Source: an uncultured bacterium (GTDB lineage Bacteria; Patescibacteriota; Minisyncoccia; Phycocordibacterales; CAIZLB01). Taken from it: a stretch of 64,000 nucleotides of DNA. The stretch lies in NCBI GenBank assembly GCA_903936565.1, contig CAIZVZ010000001.1, forward strand, positions 159,905-223,904, in the 5' to 3' direction. The notes beneath the pieces are model-generated. The model made no database searches. It was not told the DNA's origin and saw only the letters and a list, made by a program, of their open reading frames with translations. The translations under genes and the position numbers were made by a program. Positions 57,983 to 64,000 of the stretch are shown in pieces. Within the stretch, counting starts at the first letter, position 1. Each line of letters begins with the position of its first letter.

Positions 57983-58039
57983 TAGGGAAGCATATCAAAA
58001 TGAGATAATGCTTCTATAAAGAAATTCTAAAGCAACTTA

Positions 58040-58669
58040 TTACACCCCAAGAGTTTTCTTCCTTTCAGCCTTTAACCAGAGCAAGAATAGGGTCGCACCT
58101 AATACAGATAATATAAGACCAACCTCTGAAAAGTATTCTCCAAATATATGCCACTTCTTACCAACCAATACCCCAAGCATCAAATACGTAACGGACCAAA
58201 CTGTTGCTCCAACGACATTCCACATCGTGAACGCACCTAGATCCATGCGAGTTGTACCCGCAACTATCGGAACAACAGGTCTGATTGGACCAATAAATCT
58301 TGCTATCACGATACTCTTAGCTCCATATTTTTCGAAAAATGAATGACCTACATTTAAATTTTTTGTACTTAAATATTTATGATGGTCTTTAAAAAATCTC
58401 CTACCATACCTGCCTACATAATAGCTTACCGTATCACCTATTGTCGCTCCAATTATTGAAGCCATAACACATGGAAAAAAGTGCATATATCCTTGAGAAA
58501 TTACAGAGCCGAAATAAAGCATTATAATTACCCCTGGGAACACCGCTCCAACCGGACTTGATTCTAATCCAGAAATTATAAAAACGATTAAATAAACCAA
58601 CACGCCCATTGAGGCAAAGTATGGCATCGAATCGACAATCGGTTTAATTAAGAATTCCAGCATGTTCAT
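58040..58669 (-). CDS. DedA family protein
   Basis: LES..G..FPG, GDTVSY..GR, ARFIGPIR, AG..RM. Confidence 0.92.
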   Translation of the reverse strand: MNMLEFLIKPIVDSMPYFASMGVLVYLIVFIISGLESSPVGAVFPGVIIMLYFGSVISQGYMHFFPCVMASIIGATIGDTVSYYVGRYGRRFFKDHHKYLSTKNLNVGHSFFEKYGAKSIVIARFIGPIRPVVPIVAGTTRMDLGAFTMWNVVGATVWSVTYLMLGVLVGKKWHIFGEYFSEVGLILSVLGATLFLLWLKAERKKTLGV

Positions 58670-58734
58670 CTATTGTATCAACTAATACAAAGATTGTCAT
58701 TTATTCAAGCAGATTTATTAAATTAATTATGACC

Positions 58735-59376
58735 CTAGTTTGTTCTTATGAACTGACCACTACCGTATTGTCCACCATTTTGGTATGAATAATTATTACC
58801 ATAATTGTTTGATGGAGCATATCCTCCATATCCGTAATTTGTTTGACCTGAGCCTGCCTGATAGTAAAGACTCTGATTTGTCGCTGTTGTGTATGATGAT
58901 GTATTACCGTATTGATTATAATTTGTAGAAGCTGGTTGATTTGGAACGTAAACTATCTGAGGATAAACTTGGTATTGATATGGTTGAGTTAGGCTATTGT
59001 TATTTGTCTGATTCGGTACGTAAGTAATCGAGGGATATTGATAATATTGATACGGCTGAATATATTGTTGAGTGGTCGGATAATAGGAATAAGTATTACA
59101 GCTATACCCACAACCATAATTTGATGAGCCATAGTAGCTTCCACTGTAACCAGTATTATATCCTGAACCATATCCATACCCATAGCTACTGTCATAGCCA
59201 CCATAAGCCCCACCATAACCTAGTGATACGCTTAGTGAAGCACCGTATCCATAACTATCACAACCATTTCCATAGTAGTCACAGGCGCTTACCTGGTTTT
59301 TAGGAACCAACACGAATAGAGCGACAAAAATCGCAGATAATATAGTAATTCTCATTAAAATTTTATTCATACGCAA
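58735..59376 (-). CDS. Secreted Tyr/Gly/Gln/Asn-rich low-complexity protein
   Basis: Signal peptide followed by YG, QPYQY and YVPNQ repeats. Confidence 0.8.
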   Translation of the reverse strand: MRMNKILMRITILSAIFVALFVLVPKNQVSACDYYGNGCDSYGYGASLSVSLGYGGAYGGYDSSYGYGYGSGYNTGYSGSYYGSSNYGCGYSCNTYSYYPTTQQYIQPYQYYQYPSITYVPNQTNNNSLTQPYQYQVYPQIVYVPNQPASTNYNQYGNTSSYTTATNQSLYYQAGSGQTNYGYGGYAPSNNYGNNYSYQNGGQYGSGQFIRTN

Positions 59377-59433
59377 ATACTACCACGTAATAACGGCTTT
59401 GACAATAGCTCAAAACAGCATGACACACTATTT

Positions 59434-60939
59434 CTATTGAACCTTAAATGTACTCCAAATCTTATCGAAAATTGAAAAATATGGTATTTCATCCTCCTTT
59501 GTTGTGGAGTATAAGCTGAAAACCTTCTTATCACCACTCTTATCAGTCACACAAATATCTGCGTGATACTGCTTCCCCCTTTCTCCACCATCTATTGCGT
59601 ATTTCAGATATAAACCAACCCCAAACTGACCAAGATCAATGAACTGTGAACTTTTGATGTTTATATTTGCAACATCCTTTAGGTTAAATTCAAACTCGGC
59701 ACATGTCTCAACCATACTTGAAGTCTCCAGGGTTATTCCCCTACCTCCAAGCTCTGTAAAATTAATCTTTACTCCTTTATCAAAATTTTCAACTCTCTTC
59801 CAAGTCTCTGGTGTCTTGAATGAAAAACTTAAATTATCCGCTTCATAATTATGTAAATACCAATTTGCTGTATTTTCCTTTTGTTCACTAAAGAGCGTCG
59901 CTTCCCCAATTTTATTGACTGAATCATCTTCACCAACTTTATATCGTACAACCTTGTTTAAAGACGGACTACCCACGGCATCACTGTTAGAGTAGAAGTT
60001 CCCGAGCAAAATTATATTTCCGTCAATTATGTCGGCAGATAGAATGTTTGGTGGGTTAACTCCATAATTAAACGGCGTCACAACATACAGCACTTCAGGA
60101 GTAGAACTTGAAGCAGAGATAGTTGAAGATGCAAACAATACAGTAGAAGTTGACGCTGAGCTTGTTCCCTTGCTTGTCACATTCTTAACAGAAGTGTCTT
60201 TGCCAGCAGACTTTTTTACAGGAGCTGATGTGCTTGCTATAACTGGAACTTTGGAAATCAGAGCATAGAAATTACTAACCACAGGCTTCTTTTGCAAAAC
60301 ATTTTCTTCTGCAGAAACAGATACAACTGCGTCAGACGCTCCGTCGCTGTTTACATCCCCAATAGACCAAATCTTTTCCAATTTATATAGTGGAAAACAA
60401 ACCCTACCACCTTGAGCGGTATAACAATTATCACCTGTTGCCGTTCCGTTTATCAATTTTACATCTGTGCCTTTTTTATTATCACTAGATTTAACAAAAT
60501 ATTCTGCCTTCTTGGCACTATTTGAGATAGCGGGTAAATCAACTGAATTAACGTCCACGTTTGGACCGACAGCTGTACTTGTTCCATTTACGACAACTGA
60601 ACTATCTGTACTACTGTTGCCGATAGAACTGGCGCTTCTGCCTGACTGCAAGTTTCTTAAGACAACGTTTGGCGAATCAATTAAACTCTTTATGATGATA
60701 TTCTGTTCAATAGAAGTACTTAACGCACCAATCTCTCGCTCTACAGGATCGCCGTTCACATCCCTATCATAATCTTGCTGTTTTTTATCCGTGATTGATT
60801 TGAATAGCTTCTTTTGTTCATTTATACCGACATAATACGCAGCGAGAGCAAGAAGCGCTATAGCTATAATAAAATAGAATACAAAAGCAACAGATCCTTT
60901 GTTGGTAGTATAGTTTTTATTTGTAATACCAAAATTCAT
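59434..60939 (-). CDS. Membrane-anchored hypothetical protein
   Basis: N-terminal TM, GDVNSDGASD loop, Ser/Thr linker. Confidence 0.75.
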   Translation of the reverse strand: MNFGITNKNYTTNKGSVAFVFYFIIAIALLALAAYYVGINEQKKLFKSITDKKQQDYDRDVNGDPVEREIGALSTSIEQNIIIKSLIDSPNVVLRNLQSGRSASSIGNSSTDSSVVVNGTSTAVGPNVDVNSVDLPAISNSAKKAEYFVKSSDNKKGTDVKLINGTATGDNCYTAQGGRVCFPLYKLEKIWSIGDVNSDGASDAVVSVSAEENVLQKKPVVSNFYALISKVPVIASTSAPVKKSAGKDTSVKNVTSKGTSSASTSTVLFASSTISASSSTPEVLYVVTPFNYGVNPPNILSADIIDGNIILLGNFYSNSDAVGSPSLNKVVRYKVGEDDSVNKIGEATLFSEQKENTANWYLHNYEADNLSFSFKTPETWKRVENFDKGVKINFTELGGRGITLETSSMVETCAEFEFNLKDVANINIKSSQFIDLGQFGVGLYLKYAIDGGERGKQYHADICVTDKSGDKKVFSLYSTTKEDEIPYFSIFDKIWSTFKVQ

Positions 60940-60988
60940 AGTAGTATTATACCACCTCACACATAAATATCACTGTTAGTAACTTTAT

Positions 60989-61429
60989 TTATACACGCAA
61001 AACTTCTTTCACTTTTTCAACAACCTGATCAAGTGTATAATTTGTCTTAACAATAAATATAGTACTACCCTCCTCCATTGCGTGAGCAACACTTTCTGGT
61101 TTATCTAGTGAAGTAAGCATTATAACCTTAGCTTTTTCTCCCCAAGGATCAACTCTAAGCTTCTCCAAAAGCTCCCAGCCACTCATATTTGGCATTTTAA
61201 CATCCAATAATATTGCATCTGGCTTAGTGTCTATTGCCTTCTTAAGTCCTAACGTACTGTCATTTGAAAAATCAGCTTCGAAGCCTGAAAAGTTTAGCTT
61301 ATCTACCAAGACTGAAGTCAGGTTTTCATCATCATCAATTATTAAAATCTTTTTCTTTGCAACTACATCATTTGCAACCTCTTCAACCTGTGTAACATCA
61401 CTATTATTTGTTGTATTTTGTATTTCCAT
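60989..61429 (-). CDS. Single-domain response regulator
   Basis: ILIIDDD, LLDVKMP, MLT, IVK. Confidence 0.93.
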   Translation of the reverse strand: MEIQNTTNNSDVTQVEEVANDVVAKKKILIIDDDENLTSVLVDKLNFSGFEADFSNDSTLGLKKAIDTKPDAILLDVKMPNMSGWELLEKLRVDPWGEKAKVIMLTSLDKPESVAHAMEEGSTIFIVKTNYTLDQVVEKVKEVLRV

Positions 61430-61436
61430 ATCTTCA

Positions 61437-62804
61437 TTATAACCTTAAAGTGAAAGTTGAGCCAACATTTTCTTCCGAGGTGAAGCTAATATTTCCACCG
61501 AGTGCCTTCACAACAGATTTCACTAAATACAGCCCTAATCCCGTACTTTGACTACTTCCCACATCCTTTACGTTTTTTGCTCTAAATAACTTTGAGAATA
61601 TCCTTTCTTGGTCTTCCTTGGGAATACCCAATCCTGTATCAGAAACTACTATAGAGCTTTGTCCGATACCAAAGCCTTTGCTTACACCAATAGTTACACT
61701 ACCTCCTTCTTTATTGTATTTAATGGCGTTTGTAATTAAGTTCTGAATTACTATTCGAAGTAGCTTTGGATCACTCTCGACAATAACTGGGTCGGCGCCC
61801 GTATTGACCCCCGCATCACTAACTGTGCCATACTTTTTATTAAATACGATTTTCTTTTTACTAATCTGTGACGCCAACTCAACCAAAATACTATCTATTA
61901 TTTCTGAGATATTTGTTGCTTGCTTTGAAATTGACAATGTTCCAATTTCAATTCTTGAAACATTCAGAAGTATTTCCACCAAATCAATCATCTCCGCATT
62001 TACAGAATACATCTTGGTCAGATACTCCTTCTGCTTATCATTCAAATCGCCCAGCTGATTTGAATTTAGCATCTCTGTATACCATTTCATTGTAGCGAGG
62101 GGCGTCCTCAATTGATGGGAAGCAAGGGAGACAAACTCTGTTTTAGCTTGATCTAATTGCTTTTGTTCGGTTATGTCAAAAACTGTTACAAGCCCATTTT
62201 TTTCCTTGGTAAATGAATCCTTTGTTAAAAAAATTGAAAGTGAGACCCATTTAATATCATCACTTTTCGTTCGCAGCCGAATCTCTTGTTTATTTATCGG
62301 AACATCAGCCTTATAAAAATCATTAAACTTTTTTGCTAGCTCTATATCCTCGTCCGATGCATAGGCAAATAGGTTCTTGGTTTGAATCTCTTCTGGCACA
62401 ACGCCAAAGAATCTGAGGGCCGACTTATTACATCCACGTATTTCAGCATTTTTGTTAATTGTTATATATGGAACGGGAGCATTTTCGTAAAGTTCCTGCA
62501 ATTCGAATTTGGACGCTATCAAATTCTGATTTTGAAATCTTGATACCAGCTCTGCTCTAGTTGAAGCGGTTGCAATCAGATATACCACGTACCCAATAAG
62601 CACCACGGATGTGTATGTCAAAATACTCAAAACTAAGACCTGAAAATCTGATACAGAATAGTTATTGAAAAAGTTACCGATTTTAATGTGTTGCTGTGGA
62701 TTCAAAAATAAATCAATTAGAAAAGGGGTGAAAAAATATAAGGGAATAGTAACAAAAGCTATGACCAATAGGCTTATTCCGAGATGTTTAATTTTGACAT
62801 TCAT
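61437..62804 (-). CDS. PAS sensor histidine kinase
   Basis: Two TM, PAS, SHQLRTPL, NLITNAIKY, DTGLG, GLGL. Confidence 0.95.
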   Translation of the reverse strand: MNVKIKHLGISLLVIAFVTIPLYFFTPFLIDLFLNPQQHIKIGNFFNNYSVSDFQVLVLSILTYTSVVLIGYVVYLIATASTRAELVSRFQNQNLIASKFELQELYENAPVPYITINKNAEIRGCNKSALRFFGVVPEEIQTKNLFAYASDEDIELAKKFNDFYKADVPINKQEIRLRTKSDDIKWVSLSIFLTKDSFTKEKNGLVTVFDITEQKQLDQAKTEFVSLASHQLRTPLATMKWYTEMLNSNQLGDLNDKQKEYLTKMYSVNAEMIDLVEILLNVSRIEIGTLSISKQATNISEIIDSILVELASQISKKKIVFNKKYGTVSDAGVNTGADPVIVESDPKLLRIVIQNLITNAIKYNKEGGSVTIGVSKGFGIGQSSIVVSDTGLGIPKEDQERIFSKLFRAKNVKDVGSSQSTGLGLYLVKSVVKALGGNISFTSEENVGSTFTLRL

Positions 62805-62948
62805 GGAAATATTATATCATCCAGTGTCCTATTTTGCTAAATCATTTGCCAAATCACCTAATACGATGCCCTATGTGTTTAAAAATCCATAGTATTTTCA
62901 AAAAAACAGTAGTATAATTATTTGTATAATAAATAATAATAAACAAAT

Positions 62949-63440
62949 ATGTCAAACGATGACCAAACGATTGAAGACCAAAGTTTAAAAAGGATTCAAG
63001 AAATGGGACTTTTGGATAACCTAGCACCAGAAGAGAGGTTTGATCAGTTTACCAAAGAGGCTGTTGAAAAATTACATGTTCCGATTTCAACCCTAACAAT
63101 ACTTGACAGTAAGAATGAACATTATAAGTCTTGCCAGGGTCTAAATGAGACTGAGGGCCCAAGAGCAATATCTTTTTGCGCACATGCTCTTTTGTCAAAA
63201 GACTTGTTTGTTATTTCTGATTGTCTAAAGGACCCTCGTTTCGCTGAGAATCCAATGGTTATTGGTAGTCCTTTCATAAGATTCTACGCTGGAATGGCAA
63301 TATATGATCACAAAACCAGTGTTCCAATTGCAGTTTTTTGCATTAAAGATCGCGAACCAAGAGAGCTTGACGCACTAGAAATATCAACCTTTCTAGATAT
63401 CTCAAATAGAATCGAAAAGGAAATCAATAAGGGGATATAA
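62949..63440 (+). CDS. Stand-alone GAF domain protein
   Basis: LLD..PEERFD, SFCAHA, DPRF..NPMV...P.IRFYAG. Confidence 0.9.
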   Translation: MSNDDQTIEDQSLKRIQEMGLLDNLAPEERFDQFTKEAVEKLHVPISTLTILDSKNEHYKSCQGLNETEGPRAISFCAHALLSKDLFVISDCLKDPRFAENPMVIGSPFIRFYAGMAIYDHKTSVPIAVFCIKDREPRELDALEISTFLDISNRIEKEINKGI

Positions 63441-63465
63441 ATTATTTTTAAGTTATTTATTTTAT

Positions 63466-64000
63466 TTAATAAGTAACCTCATCGGTTCTTTCTCTCAAAT
63501 CTATTGGGTACTTTCCTGTAAAGCAGGAGGTACAAAATAGTGACTCATCTAGTCCAGTTGATTGTATCATTCCATCGTAAGATAAAAAGTTTAGGGATGT
63601 AGATCCTAAATATTTATTCATTTCTGCTACATTCATTTTTGAAGCAATCAAATCACTTTGTTTTGGTAAGTCTATTCCATAAAAATCAGGGTACTTAACG
63701 GGTGGGCAACTAATCATAAAGTGCACCTCCTTTGCGCCTGTTTCAAAAAGCATTTTTACAATCTGCCTCGATGTCGTACCGCGGACGATTGAATCATCGA
63801 CAACAATCACCCTTTTATTTTCAATCATTTCTTTAAGTGGTGCAAGCTTCAGCTTCACCCCCTGCTCTCTTATATGTTGTTCTGGTTCAATAAAAGTTCT
63901 GTGAATATAACGGCTCTTTATCAATCCCATTTCAAAAGGGATTCCAGATGCTGCGGCATAACCAATAGCAACTGGAATTGAAGTTTCAGGAATCGGGATT
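63466..64000 (-). CDS. purF: Amidophosphoribosyltransferase (3' part; runs off window end)
   Basis: IPIPET, YIHRTFIEP, VVDDSIVRGTT, FYGIDLP, CTSCFTGKYP. Confidence 0.95.
   Translation of the reverse strand, partial: IPIPETSIPVAIGYAAASGIPFEMGLIKSRYIHRTFIEPEQHIREQGVKLKLAPLKEMIENKRVIVVDDSIVRGTTSRQIVKMLFETGAKEVHFMISCPPVKYPDFYGIDLPKQSDLIASKMNVAEMNKYLGSTSLNFLSYDGMIQSTGLDESLFCTSCFTGKYPIDLRERTDEVTY

Noticed and set aside
1-64000. Alternative genetic code (TGA=Gly, as in Gracilibacteria/SR1)
   Set aside because: Known families translate full-length in code 11 and several end at TGA.

Overview
Gene-dense, AT-rich bacterial DNA in the standard code (TGA is used as a stop). It is most consistent with a Patescibacteria/CPR (Parcubacteria-like) genome; this is inferred from TrmB regulators, many small hydrolases, peptidoglycan-binding surface proteins, pilins and pervasive leaderless starts. 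In order, the window holds: a branched-chain amino-acid ABC region (3 binding proteins, 2 TrmB, livM) with a frameshifted NYN nuclease and a PEP-CTERM gene; an unannotated ~340-nt structured RNA; a leader-peptide attenuator before an MFS pump; housekeeping hydrolases; a pentein and a plastid/Chlamydia-type GPAT; surface proteins; dinB; a Fur/Zur-COG0523-nicotianamine synthase locus; an ECF sigma cluster; tRNA-Asn; pilins; a two-component pair; and a partial purF. The most striking signal is an array of about 8 one- or two-gene cassettes stacked off the 3' end of tRNA-Asn (49.5-56.6 kb). The cassettes are separated by degenerate ~36-nt repeats in register with the tRNA 3' end, suggesting an integron-like, tRNA-anchored gene-capture array. 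All calls come from reading the sequence by eye; no database searches were run.
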